A stretch of 64,000 nucleotides of DNA. Origin: the human T2T-CHM13v2.0 reference genome, Homo sapiens. The notes beneath the pieces are model-generated. The model made no database searches. It saw nothing but the letters and a program-made list of their open reading frames with translations, and had not been told where the DNA came from. The stretch lies in NCBI RefSeq assembly GCF_009914755.1, contig NC_060927.1. One strand, written 5' to 3'. Below, piece after piece: positions 41,701 through 57,129 of the stretch. The position numbers and the translations under genes are program-made. The stretch's first letter is position 1. Each line of letters starts with the position of its first letter.

Positions 41701-43267
41701 ATTTTTTTCTAATTTGGTATCTTCAACTTCCTTATGTCCAATTAGTATTCATTAGTGTAATTATGATGATGGAAAGGCTCAGTCCCTGTTCTTCAAGACA
41801 TTAGGAAGTTTGGGGAAAGCCTTGAAACAAAATAGTAAAAGAAATATTTGGACATCCCAAATGCTTCTTTGATTCAATACTGTGATTTGATTCATCAGTG
41901 AAGGTTGGTTCTATGTCCAGGAGCTTGCTGGGGGAGGGAAGAGACCCATAGTGGCTTGCTGCCCTAGAAACTCTGCCTGCCATTGTCAACATTTCCTCCG
42001 GCTGTCTTGCTTTTGGAGGGAAACTCTCCCTAAGGACTGCCCTGGTTGACAGAATGAGAGTCTCCAGAAGATTCTTCTGCCATTTGAATGCATTTTTTTA
42101 TGCCCAACAGCAATAATGGCCATCTAAGTATTGATTATATAATATGTCTGCTGAGGTGGCAAGTACGTTGTCGTTGCAAGAGGCCGAGAGGATGAGAAAC
42201 TAGGTTATCTATGAACTCTCTCAGCCATTGAGCATTTCTTCCGGTAAGGGTCAATATACAAAGCTATCTTTAGATGTTATTTTACTTTATTCTCTGATTC
42301 CAATTGATGGCTAATACAATGAGATGGCCAGCATGTTTCAAGTTCTTTGAAAACAGCCTCATGTTTACCATGGAATGGGCATAATCATTTCATCACAAGG
42401 GGACAATAGTCGTATGGAGGTCTGCGACATGAGGAAGGCTAGGAATTGCCCAGGGTGTTGCCCTATTAGAGTCCCAGATGCTAATTAGCAGCAATGAATT
42501 GGTTAAGTAGGCATTGAAAGGCAGTTAGGGCATAATCTAATACTTTTTCTTTCATCCAAAAAAATACAATAGATGATATATAGTAAGTCTGCTGTGTATA
42601 GTAACAGCAATAAGGGCACTGAGCTTTTATTATAAACTGAATTACATCCCCTGTGTGGGGACACTAGACAGCCTATCGTGTATTAAGAATTCAGCTGAGA
42701 TCACAAGCTTGCCTCACCTAAACCTTCTGTGATGTGATGAGAATGACTTTTGGTTACCGTACATCAAAGAGGGTCTAGCAGGCTAAACAGTGATTGATCC
42801 ATTCTCCTCTTTCAAGTCCTCTCTTCAAAAATAGCTTTAAAGCAATCATCTAATAAGTGTCAGAATAGAAGATAGAAAATGTTAGTACAAGCACTAGGCA
42901 TATGTCTACACTAGCTAAATTTTCTGCAAGATGTTCAATGACTGAACAAGGTTTTTAGAGTAAATGCTATCATCTCTTAAGAGATGAGAAATACCAAGTG
43001 GGCTGCCACTGACATGGAAACAATACAGAGATTTAAAGTGATTTGAGGCAAAAATACCATGATTTGCTCGACTAGTAGAGAATTCTGTTAGGACAATTTT
43101 GAAATAATTTTATTTATACACAAAATCTGGTATAGGAATTAGCTTCTTGCTTATGCACACAGAAGCAATAGTATTTTCACAATATTCATTCACAAAAATA
43201 TGTTTATTAAGTGTGCTTATATAAGATGAAAGCTTAGTTAAAGGAATCAGCCATATGAGTGACCCAG

Positions 43268-43652
43268 TATGGTGATCATTAGAGCTGTTCACAAATATTC
43301 TGATGCTCTTTATCTTCCCTGCTCTCTTTGAAGTCAGGTCTAGTGATATGACTTGCTTTGGACAATGAGATGTGAGACAAAATGACCTGTGTCACTTTGG
43401 ATGGAAACGTTAAGAGCTAGTGGAAGATTTGCCACGTCCCTGTTCCCCTGTATTGATGACTGTGGGAGCATGTGTCAAGGTGGCACTTCCTTTGGCATGG
43501 GTTTCTGAGTCATTAGTATGAGCAGACCTCCCTGCTGGCCTGTACTGATCCCGTAGCGTGAGCAAGAAATGAACCTGTAATGTGTTAAACCACTGAGGTT
43601 TTGGAGCTGCTTGTTACCACACCATAACCTTTATTCATCCAGGCAACAAATA
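43268..43652 (+). mobile_element. MaLR LTR, MLT1J-like, inserted in an L2 3' end
   Basis: atgacttgctttggacaatgagatgtgag...gtgagcaagaaatgaacc...gttaaaccactgaggttttggagctgcttgttacc. Confidence 0.8.
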
Positions 43653-43818
43653 CTCATAATTACACACTATGTGCCAGGCAGAGTACACAGAGATAACAAA
43701 TAATTGCTGATCGTGGTTTGATGTGCCACCCTTCGTTACCTGTTTGCTACATCCTTGAGGAGTAGATGAAAAATAAGCCTGCATTAATATAACTAATCAA
43801 GATAAATTGATCTAAGAT

Positions 43819-44530
43819 TGTAAGAGGTGACAAATCCATACAGGTCTGCAGCAACCTCAATTCTTGCCTCTTCGAAAAAAAGAATTCAACTGAGGGGCAA
43901 AAAGCAGAAGGAGAGACTGAGGCAAGTTTCAGAGCAGGAGTGAAAGTTTATTAAACAACTTTAGAGCTGGAATGAAAGGAAGTAAAGTACACTTGGAAGA
44001 GGGCCAAGCAGGCAACTTGAGAAATCAAGTGCACAGTCTGACTTTTTGACCTGGGGTTTTATACGCTGGCATGCTTCTGGGGTCTTGTGTTACTTCTCCC
44101 CTGATTCTTCCCTTGGGGTGGACTGTTGACATGTGCAGTGGCCTGTCGGCACTTGGGAGGGCCCACATGCACAGCGTGTTACCTGAAATTGGGCACATGC
44201 TCACTTGAGGCATTCCCTTATCAGTTGAGTGTTTCTAGAGTAGGGTCATATACCAGTTAAACTCTGCCATTTTGCCTCTTAGTGAGCATGCTTGTGCCCA
44301 CTCACCCAACTCTTGAGATCTTATCAGGAAGCTGCTGATCACCAGTTTCAGATTTTTTCTGTCTATTGGAAGACTGCCTTTCCCTGGTACTGGCTGTAAT
44401 CAATTGTTATTTTAGAGAGACAATTAACAACCACCTGACCATGACCTGATGGTCACCTAATGATTCTGGTTGGGGGTCGGGAGTGGGCACTCCTGCCCTG
44501 CTCATGTCTGACTAGCTACGTACTGTAACA
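43819..44530 (-). mobile_element. ERV1 solo LTR, MER50-like
   Basis: TG...CA termini, 712 bp; 4-bp TSD agat at 43815-43818 and 44531-44534; reverse strand begins tgttacagtacgtagctagtcagacatgagcagggcagg. Confidence 0.85.
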
Positions 44531-44679
44531 AGATTAGTGATGTTTCGACAGTTTTTGAATGAATGACATTGTTTCAGAGGACACTTTATTGGAGAAAAAG
44601 AAAGACTCATTTCAAAAGCCCTGAGATTTCTTATACTGGCCAAAAAAAAAAATTCTGTTATTTTTAACTTCTACAATCC

Positions 44680-45050
44680 AGCCATTCCCCAACCACACTG
44701 GGCACTTTCCAGGTATGTGCGCTTGGCTCGGACTGTGCCCTCCACCTCGTACACTCTTCTCAACCCCGTCTCATCCTTCAAAGACCCATTCAAATGCCTT
44801 CTCTTCCATGAAATTTTCCTTTCTCTCCCTCTTCACAGCATCAAGTTACATACCTCTACTGAGTGCTTATTTCAGTCTGCGTTGCATTATGATTATTGTT
44901 TACATGACATAACTTCCTGCACAAGATGGCCCCCTATCCTCCTAAAGCTTATACATTCATTGTGAGTACAGGCTTTGTTTTATTCTACGTTATGTATCTC
45001 CAATCTGACTCTCCTCTCCACAGCTTAATAAATGTTAATTGATGTTTGAA
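44680..45050 (+). mobile_element. L2 3' fragment
   Basis: tctcatccttcaaagacccattcaaatgccttctcttccatgaa; ttaataaatgttaattgatg. Confidence 0.55.
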
Positions 45051-45789
45051 TAGATTTGAGAGATTTGTTTGGGTGTAATCATGGATTTCTCAAAACATGT
45101 AACTGCCCTGGTTTGGAATATTGAAGAAACAAAGAAACCCTTTCAGCTCTAAGAAGGGGAGTTGTGAAGCTGATACTTTTGGCTACTCCTGGGGGAATTA
45201 GTTCTCTCTTGGCCAAGGACCAAAGCCTGCCTCCTGAACACCCATCACACTTAACTAATTTCCATTCTCCCCAGGGACCAAGACAGTAAGACAAAAGAGG
45301 AAGGAAGTAGGCATTTCAGAAGAGTAACTCACCCACAAAGAGCCATTTGAAAGGGAGAAATGAGGAGGGGAGTAAGAAGTCAGTGTTAAAAGAAAAAAAG
45401 TCACTAAATGAATGCAGATTTTAGATTACATTTCCTTATCCATCTTCTCTGCATCATACCAATAACTTTCTTGACTTGCTAACTTTCCCCAGGACAAGTC
45501 CTGTTGCTCAAAGCTTGCTGCCACTGGAGTAGGCATCAGAAACCCCCAGTGTTTGTGTCAAAGATGTTGAGCTATTATGTTCAGTCTCTCTCTTTTCCTT
45601 TCTGCTTTTTGCCCTTCCTTACTCCACCCCAGCATCCAGAAGCCAAGACATCAGCTCCTCTCTGAAAGTTTAACCCCATGAGTAATAAATAAGATAGAGA
45701 AGCATGTGCTTTTCTCCACCGGTTTATCAGCCATCCTGACCTATTACCTATTCAACACTGTCACTTTCCAGCCTTTCATTTTTCTGTGA

Positions 45790-46020
45790 GACAGTGAGAA
45801 AACCAATGACTTTGCATCAAATAGATGAAGGATTACATCCCAGCTCTTCCACAAACTTTCCTTAAGTACCTCAGAATTTACTTGACTATTTAGCCTCAGT
45901 TTCATAATCTTATAAAATAGAGTTGGTTACACCTGTGTAAAACAATTGTTATAAGGATGGGTGGGATAAAACGTAAAGTCTTCGGCACATAGTTGGTGCT
46001 TAATGAATCTTACTATTGTT
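45790..46020 (+). mobile_element. MIR
   Basis: catcccagctcttccac...agcctcagtttcataatcttataaaat...ggcacatagttggtgcttaatgaat. Confidence 0.7.
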
Positions 46021-46329
46021 ACTAATAAATATTTCTCAAACATATTTCCTCCTCTTCATGATCTTCCTGCTACAATGATCTTATTTGTGTTCTAATTTTC
46101 TCATGTCTATATGCAAGACCGCTTAAGTGATCTTTCTAAAACTAGAAATCAGAGCAGGGCATCTTCACACAAAGCCCTGTCATACTTCCAAAACTACAGA
46201 AGCCCTTCCAGTTATTCTTAAGGATCTACAGCAACAACAAAAAAAATCTTAACTCAGTGTAGCACATGAGGGCTGCAGCTATCTGGCATCTGTGTCTAAT
46301 CTCTTTGCCCATTATTCCCTTAATTGTAA

Positions 46330-46777
46330 CTGTAAGAGATTGTTTTTCTAACAACTTCCAATGAATCACACCTTCCAGGCTCCCCATGCTGTTGCAGTTC
46401 CCTCCCACACTGAGGCTGAGCTTGGCCATGTGACTTGCTTGGCCACTAGGACATCAGCACATGTGACACAATCAGAGGCTTGAGAAATGCTTACACATTG
46501 GGGCTTGCCCTCTTGAAACTCTGTTGGCACCATGTGAAGAAGTGCAGCCTGGTCCAGCCTCCATGAATATGCTCTTAAAGAGAGATGCCCAGCCATCCCA
46601 GATGTCCCAGCTGAGCCTAGTCTCAGCCAATCTCCTAGCTGAATGCAGCTGCATGAGTGTACCCAGGCAAAGCTAGAATGAAAATTGTCCAGCCAACTCA
46701 CCCAATAGTGAGAAATATTAAAAGCGTTGTTTTAAGCTGTTATGTAGTTTGTTACACCGAAATGGATAACTGATATA
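46330..46777 (+). mobile_element. MaLR solo LTR, MLT1G/H-like
   Basis: gagcttggccatgtgacttgcttggcca, gctgaatgcagctgcatgagtg, ttgttttaagc...gtttgttacaccgaaatggataactgatata. Confidence 0.8.
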
Positions 46778-46799
46778 GTGCCTTTTATCTCCAAAATAA

Positions 46800-46970
46800 T
46801 GAGCAACTATAGTTCTATGAAAACATCATTTTCTGTCACACCTCACATTCCTTTGCAAATACTGTTTCTTGTGCGTGTAATGTCTTTCCCCCTTGTCTAT
46901 TACCCTTTGTATCCCAGCATATGCAGCAGGGGCTGGCATACAGTAAGTGTTCAATAAACGTTGAATGAAT
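46800..46970 (+). mobile_element. L2 3' end
   Basis: ctttgtatcccagca...ctggcatacagtaagtgttcaataaacgttgaatgaat. Confidence 0.7.
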
Positions 46971-47169
46971 ACATTTTAAAAGTCAAAACATGCCACAAAA
47001 CCTCCAAGGATGCACACTAAATCCACCATTGTTCTGATTGAAATTTTAGATAGAAATGCATGCATGTTACTACTTTTATGATGGAAAATAATGATTTATA
47101 CGCAACTACACACACGTAATAAAAGCTACAAAAGAAAATGCATTCACTTCAAAATAGATTTAGGTTTTA

Positions 47170-47720
47170 ATAAAAATAAAATACGTCCATTCACATACTA
47201 AATTAGCAACTTAAAAATTATAATATCTAATGCTAGCAGAGGTGCTATAGAGTAGCTTTGTGATGTCACTAGAGAAAATCAGAATAAAATTTGGGAGATG
47301 AATTCTGGTATATGTATTAAGAGCCATAAAAAAACACAGCTTTCCTTTGATCTGGTAATTTCCTTTCTGGCAGCTTAATTCATTTTTTAAAATTCAAAAT
47401 ATAGAAAAATAGTCACAAGAACATTGAATAAGAGACTATTTGTTTTGAAAAAGTGGAAACAAGTTAAATTCCCATCACCAAGAACATGGTTCAATCAGTT
47501 TTGATGCATTTATTTGGGTGGCCATTTAAACTAATAGCTATGAAGACTGTCTTGAAATATACAGAAAAACCAATGTTAAGGGACAAAGACAAGGACGCAT
47601 AATTGTATGCATCCAATGACTACAACAATATAAAAATGTAAATGTAACAATAATTACAAGGAATTATGGGTCATTTCCCTCCTCTCATTCTATATAATCT
47701 CATTATATTATTTTTAGAAT
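47170..47720 (+). mobile_element. Old L1ME-type 3' end
   Basis: cattcacatactaaattagcaa, ctggtatatgtattaagagccataaaaa, cctttgatctggtaatttcctttctg, tggaaacaagttaaat. Confidence 0.6.
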
Positions 47721-50700
47721 TTAAATAACATTTTTAGAAGATAAAAATAAATGACATATAGAATACAATATAAAAATGATAGAATTATAGAAACAACTTT
47801 GATACTGGCTTTCAATCTAATTTTTTACCTGAGATTGACCCCTGGTAGTAATTGCTATTACATTACAGAATCCAGGAATCATGGTGCTCCATCATCTGGT
47901 CTGTGCCATCTCTTTAATCAATATTTATGAACTTACTTTGCAAAGGTTTTATGACTCATTGTACCTTATAGAAGTTTTTTTTAAGAAAGTAATTTTGTCA
48001 ACATTATTGATACTCATGCACGAGCCTTTTGCATAGGGCGTTAGCTATTTATATTGAGAACAATTTCTCATGATGGCGGTGAAGCTCTATTTTAGGATGG
48101 ATTTACATATTTTATTTAAAGAACTGCAGCCTGGAGATGAATTTCATCTGAGTTCCAGACACATACCCCCCAAAAAATCACTGGAGCAAGACTCAGGATG
48201 AGCTCCCAGTGACTTCAGCTCTTCCTGCAAGTTGGAAGACCTCCAAAATCTCTAGCTCTTAGGACGTTCACATGGTCCAATCACATTTCCAAATATATTT
48301 CTACTGGCATGATTTACTTTCTTCTAAAACTTGATGTGCCTAAAATGGCCCCAACTGACTCTTCTGACTTTTGTTTCTAACATCAGTACCCACTTTCCGA
48401 GTCACTTAAACTCTAAAAGTCAGAAAACTAATGATAATCTCTCTCTTCTTCTCCCACACATATAACCAGTCAGCAAGGCCTGGCTTTCTTGATGATTATT
48501 CTTGGGTCAAAACCTTTCTCTTTGTTTTCCCTGCCTTTACACTTATTCAGGTTTGCCATTAATTCAAAAGTGTCATAATTAGTCTCTCTGTCACTATCTC
48601 TTCCTCGCTGTCTAATCCTGTTGCTATATAAATATGTCTAGGGTGCTGATTTGGTCATGCAACTCCCTAGGACACTAAGAAACTTTACATACACTCCTCA
48701 TTACCAGCTGGATGAAATAAGCTGCAGTGTTCAAAGCCCTTTGTAATTTAGTGCCAACCTAATTTTCTTGCCTCATTCTTTCAAGGCTGCCACATTATAC
48801 AATGCCAAGGGCACTATTCACATTATAAAATACATCTTCAGAATAGGTCTCCAGTAGGCTGCAACCACAGAACACAGTGTGAATAGTGTTCCCTGGAGTC
48901 ATGCAACATGGAGCTCATAATCCTATTCTCTAGTTTTTACCTAGCAAATCTTGCCCACTTGTTAATACCCAGCACAAACTCCTCCTCTAGGAAACTTTTT
49001 CTGATTTCTCCAACCTTTTTCCTCTTTCCTAGTATAATTTTAATTATGTCTGTTATGTTCATGTATTGAGATATGTCAGAATCAGCTGGAAGTCTTATTT
49101 ATTTACTTACTTATACATTCAGAATAAAACAATTTGTGTGTAACTGAATAACATGCAATAGTAATCTATGGTGATAGAATTAAGAATACCTCTTGCTTTA
49201 GGTAGGGGCATTGAGTGGAAAGAGGCAAAAGGAAACCTTTTTTTCCAGTGTTATTGAGATACAGTGGACAAAAATTCTATATATTTAAGATATACAACAT
49301 GATATCTTGGTAAATGTATACATGGTGAAATAATTATCACAATGAAGCTAATTAACATATCTATTAACACAAGTAGTTACAATTTTTTTTGGTTGTGATG
49401 GTGAGAACACCAAGTCCTTAGCAAATTCCAAGTGTACAATGCAGTATTATTAACTATATTCACCATGCCGTACATTAGATTTCCAGGATTAATTTATTCG
49501 GCATAACTGAAACTTTGTACCCTTTGACCAACATCTCCTCATTGTCCCTACCCCTAGCCACTGACAACCATTGTTCTTTCTACTCTGCTTTGATGAGTTC
49601 AGCTTTTTAAAATCCCACATATAAATGAGAGCAGCAGTGTTTGCCTTTCTGTGTCTAGCTTATTTCAAATAATAGGATTTCCTTCTTTTTCAAGGCTGAA
49701 TAATATTTCATTGTGTCTTGGCTATTCTGAATAATGCTGCAATGAACATGGTCATGCAGATATCTCTTTGATTATGTGGTTCCATTTTCTTCGGATATAT
49801 ACCCAGAAGTAGAATTGCTAGATCATGTGGTAGTTTTATTTTTAATTTTTTGAGGAACTTTTATACCGTTTTTCACAATGGTTGTACCAATTTACATTCC
49901 TATCAGTAGTATGCAAAAGTTTCCTTTCACCTATATCCTCAACAACACTTATCTCTTTTTTTTTTTATAATGGTCATTCTAATAGGTGTGAGGTAATATC
50001 TCATTGTGGTTTTAATTTGCATTTCCCTAATTATTAGTCATGTTGAGCACCTTTACATATACTTGTTGGGCATTTGTGTGTCTTCTTTTTGGAAATGTCT
50101 AGGTCCTTTGCCATCTTAAAAATTGGGTTGTTATTTTGGTATTGAGATTTTGAGTATCTGTATATTTTGGATATTAGACCTTTATCAAATATATGGTTTG
50201 CAAATATTTTCCCCAGTTTCACAGGTTGCCTTTTTCTTCTGTTGACTGTTTTCTGTGTAGGTGCATTTTAGTTTGATGTAGTACTCCATATGTCTATTTC
50301 TACATTTATTGCCTGGGTCTTTGGTGTCACATCCAAAAGATTATTTCCAGACCGATATCAGAAAGTTTTTTTTCTATATTTTCTTCTACTACTTTTATAG
50401 TTTCAGGTCTTTTATTTAAATCTTTAATCCATTTTGAATTTATTTTTGTATATGGTGTGAGATAAGGGTCTAGTTCATTCTGGATATCTAGTTTTCCCAA
50501 CACCATTTATTGAAGAGACTATGCTTTCTGAATTGCATGTTTTGGTGCCCTGTCAAATATCAGTTGACTAGATATGCGTGGATTTATTTCTGGGCTCCCT
50601 ATTCTGTTTATTGGCCTATATGTCCGTTTTTATGCCAAGTACCATTTGTCTGTTTTAGGCATGGTACTAGTTTTAATTACTGTATCTATGTAACATATTT

Positions 50701-51190
50701 TGAAATCAGAAGTGTGATGCCTCCAGCTTTGTTTTTATTCAAGACTGCTTTGGCTATTCAGTATCTTTTGTGGTCCATATAAACTATAAGATTGCTTTTT
50801 CTATTTTTGTGAAATATACCTTTGTGATTTTGATAGAGATTGCATGGAATCTCTAGATGGCTTTGGATAGTATAAACATTTTTAACAATAGTAATTCTAA
50901 CAACCCATTAACATGGGGTAACTTTTCGTTTATTTGTGTCTCTTCAATTCTTTTCATAAGCATTTTATAGTTTTCAGTGTACATTACATATATTTCATGA
51001 CTTTGATGAAGTTGTTCCTATTTTACTCTTTTTATTGCTATTATAGATAGAATTGCTTTTCTAATTTTTTTCAGATAGTATGCAACAGATTTTTGTATGT
51101 TGCTTTTGTATACTATAACTTTATTGACTTTGTTTATTAGTTCTTACTGGTTTTTTGTAGAGTCTTTAAGGTTTTCTATTACATATATGA

Positions 51191-51585
<395 letters not shown>

Positions 51586-51780
51586 TAGATGTCTGTTTTT
51601 AATTTTTCTTGTTTAATTACTCTGGCTAGGACTTTCAGTACTATGTTGAACAGAAGTAGTGAGAGTGGGCATCCTTGCATTGTATGTGGTCTTAGAGGGA
51701 AAGTTTTCCATATTAATTATAATGTTGGCTATGGACTTTTCATATATGGGCTTTACTGTGTTGAGGTACATTTTTATACC

Positions 51781-53477
<1,697 letters not shown>

Positions 53478-54170
53478 GGTTGTACCTATTTTGTTGAGAG
53501 TATTTATCATGAATCAATCTCAGACTTTGTCGAATGCTTTTTCTGCATCTATTGAGACAATCATGTGGGATTTTTTCTTTCATTTTGTTAATACAGTGTA
53601 TCATATTAGTTGATTTTGCATGTTTATCCTCCTTGCATCCCAGAGATAAATCCCACTTAAATCTTTTAACGTGTTGTTGAATTTCGTTTGCTCTATTTTA
53701 TTGAGGATTTTTGCTTCTATGTTCTCAGGGATATTTGCCTGTAGTTTTCTTTTTTGTGTCTGGCTTTAGTACCAGGTTGATGCTAGCCTCGTAAAATGAG
53801 TTTAGCAGTGTTCCTCCTTTAATGTTTTGTAAGAGTTTAAGAAATATTGGGCATTTATCCCTTTTCAAATACTTAGAATGTACCATAAAGGCATCTGGTC
53901 TTGGAGTTTTCTTTGTTAAGGGTTCGATTACTGATTCAGTCTCATTTGTGACTGGTCTGTTCAGGCTTTCTATTTCTTCTTGATTTAATTCTGGTAGGTT
54001 GTATATTTCTAGCAATTTATCATTTTTTCTGTATTATCCAACTTGTTGGCAGATAATTATTCATAATAGTTCTTTATGTGCCTTTTTATTTCTGAGGCAT
54101 TCATTGTCACATCTCCTCTTTCATTCCTGATTTTATTTATTTGAGTCTCATCTCTTTTATTCTAGGTTAG

Positions 54171-54612
54171 TGTCTTATTCCATTTGTGATGCTATAAAGA
54201 AATACCTGAGGCTGGGTAATTTATGAAGAAAAGAGGTTTACTTGACTCCTAGTTCTGCAGGCTGTCCAAAAAGCATGGCATCTCCATTTGCTTCCTGTGA
54301 GGGCTTCAAGCTGCTTCCACTCATGGTAGAAGGTGAAGGGGAGCCTGCATGGGCTGGGCTGATCACATGACAAGAGAGGAAGTGAGAGAGTGGAGGAAAG
54401 TGCCAGATTCTTTTTAATAACTAGCTCTCTGGGTAACTGTCTCTGGAACTAATAGAATGAGAGCTCATTACTTCAAGGATGTCACCAAGCAATCAATAAA
54501 GCTGAGGGATCTGCCCCCATGAACCAAACATCTCCCATTAGGCCTTATCTCCAACACTGGGGATTAAATTTCAATATGAGATTTGGGGGCCTCAAATATC
54601 CAAGCCATAGCA
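54171..54612 (-). mobile_element. MaLR solo LTR, MSTB-like
   Basis: tgtcttattccatttgtgatgctataaagaaatacctgaggctggg...aatatccaagccatagca; perfect 5-bp TSD gttag. Confidence 0.92.
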
Positions 54613-57129
54613 GTTAGTCTAACTAAGGTTTGTATATTTTTTTTTAAAGCAAACACTTTTTCTGTTGTTTTTCTATTCTTTAATTTACTTCTGCTTTTTT
54701 CCTGCTAACTTTGGGCTTAGTTTATTCTTTTCTTTTAGTTCCCTGAGGTTTGAACTTAGATTGCTTATTCGATTCTTTCCATTTTTTTTAATATAGCTAT
54801 TTATTGCTACAATTTTTTTAATATTGCTTTTGTTGCATCCTGTAAGTTTTGGTATGTTGAGTATTTGTGTTCGTTTGTCTTGAAATAGTTTTAAAGTTAT
54901 CTTTTGATTTCCTCTTTGACCCAATAGTTGTTTAAGAGTGTGTTTTTTAGCTTCCATATATTTGTAAAATTTCCAGTTTTCTAACTGTTATTGATTTCTA
55001 GTTTTATTCCATTATGGTCAGAAAAAAATACTAGAAATGATTTTTATCTTCTTGAATTTCTTAAGACTTCTTTTGTGACCCAAAGTGTGATCTATTCTGG
55101 GGGATGTTTTGTGTATGCTTGAGAAGAATGTGTATTTGTCTGCTCTTGAGTAGAAAGTTCCACATTTATCTGTGAGGTTCACTTTGTTTATTGTTCAGTT
55201 CTGCTGTTTCTTTATTGGTTTTCTGTCAGAATGATCTATTATAGAAAGTGGGGTATTGAAGTTTCCTACTATGGTACTGCTGTCTGTTTCTCTCTTTATT
55301 TCTGTTCATGTTTGCTTTATTTAGTCTGCTTTGATGTTGGGGGCACGTACTTTTAAATTGTTATATTTTCCTGTTAAATTGACCCTTTATCTTTATATAA
55401 TGACCTTCTTTATCTCTTGCGACAGTTTTCGATGTGAATTCTATTTCATCTGATATAAGTATAGCCACTTTTTCTCTCTTTTTGTTGCCATTTGCATGAA
55501 ATATCTTTTCTGTCTCTCACTTTCAGCCTATGTGTGTCCTTTAAGCTAAAGTGAGATTCTTATAGGCAACATATTGTTGGATCTTGTTTTTTATAAAAAA
55601 TACATTCAGCCACTCTGTCTTTTATTGGAGAATTTAATCCATTCACATTTAACATAACTGTTGATAGATAAGGACTTACTCTTGTCATTTTGCTCATTGC
55701 CAGAAAACCATGAGCAAAGTCTGTAGTTTCTTTGTTCCTTTCTTCCTTTCTTGTGTCTTTCTTTGTGATTTGGTGATTTTTTTTTTTTTTTTTTTGTAGT
55801 GGTATATTTTGATTCCTTTCTCTTTATCTTTTGTGAATCTACTAGAGATTTTTCCCTTGTTCTTACCATGAGGCTTATATTTAAATTTCATAAGTCAATT
55901 TTAAGCTGATAAACACTTTAATCACATATAAAAACTATGCTTTTACTTCTTCCCCTTGTCACATTTTGTTATTTGTGTCACAATTTACATCTTTTTATAT
56001 TGTTATTCATTGATAAGTTATTGTATCTATAGTTTTTAATAGTTTTGTCTTTTAACTTTTATACTAGAGTTTAAAATGATTTACACACTGCCATTACAGT
56101 ATTAGAGTATTCTGAATTTTACTATATGCTTATCCTTACCAATTGAGTTTTATGTTTTTATGGGTTTTTATGTTACTAATTAGCATCCTTTTGTTTGAAT
56201 TTTAAGAACTAGCTTGAGCATTTTTTTGTAAGGCAGTTTGAGTTGTGATAAACTTCCTCAGCTGTTGTTTGCCTGAGAAAGTCTTCCTTTCTCCTTAATT
56301 TCCTAAGAATACCTTTGCTGGGTATAGTATTTTGGGTTGATGGGGCTTGGGAGTGGTTTCTGCACTTTGAATATGTTATCCTACTGTTTCATGGCCTGCA
56401 AAGTTTTCCTGAGAAATTTACTGGTAGCCTTATGGAGGATCCCTTGAATGTGATAAGTTGCCTTTTTCTTGCTGCTTTCAAAATTCTTTATTTTTTTGAT
56501 TTTTTGATAATTTAATTATAATGTGTCTTGGTGTTATCTTCTTTGGATTAATCCTGCTGGGGAACCTCTGAGCTTCAGTCATCTAGACATCCATATACTT
56601 CCCAAAGTTTGGAAAGTTTTCCAGTCATTATTTATTTAAAAAACGTTTCTTTTTCTTTCTCTATCTCTTCTCATTCTGAAACTCCATGTGTATGTTGGTT
56701 TGCTTGGTGGTGTCCTATAAATCTTCTTCACTCTTCCTTATTCTTTTTCTCTTCCCTGACTGGATAATTTCACATGACCTATCTTTGCATTCATAAATTC
56801 TTGTTGAGCTTTTAGTTTAGATTTCCTGATTTCATTGAGTTGTCGGTGTCCCTTACAGCTTGCTGAGAGTTTCCTTAAAGCAATTATTTTGAATTTTTTG
56901 TCAGGCATTCAATAGATCTCCATTTCTTTGGGGTCATTACTGGAGCTTTATTAGTTTCTTTGGTGGTGTCGTGTTTGTCTGATTCTTTATGATCTGTGTG
57001 GCTTTGCATTAGTGTCTGTGCACCTGAAGGAGCAACCATCTCCTGACTTTACAGACTGTTTTTGGTAGATATATATTCTCCTGCTAGGTTCACAGACTGA
57101 TAAGACTGCTTCTGGGATTGCAGTCAAGC

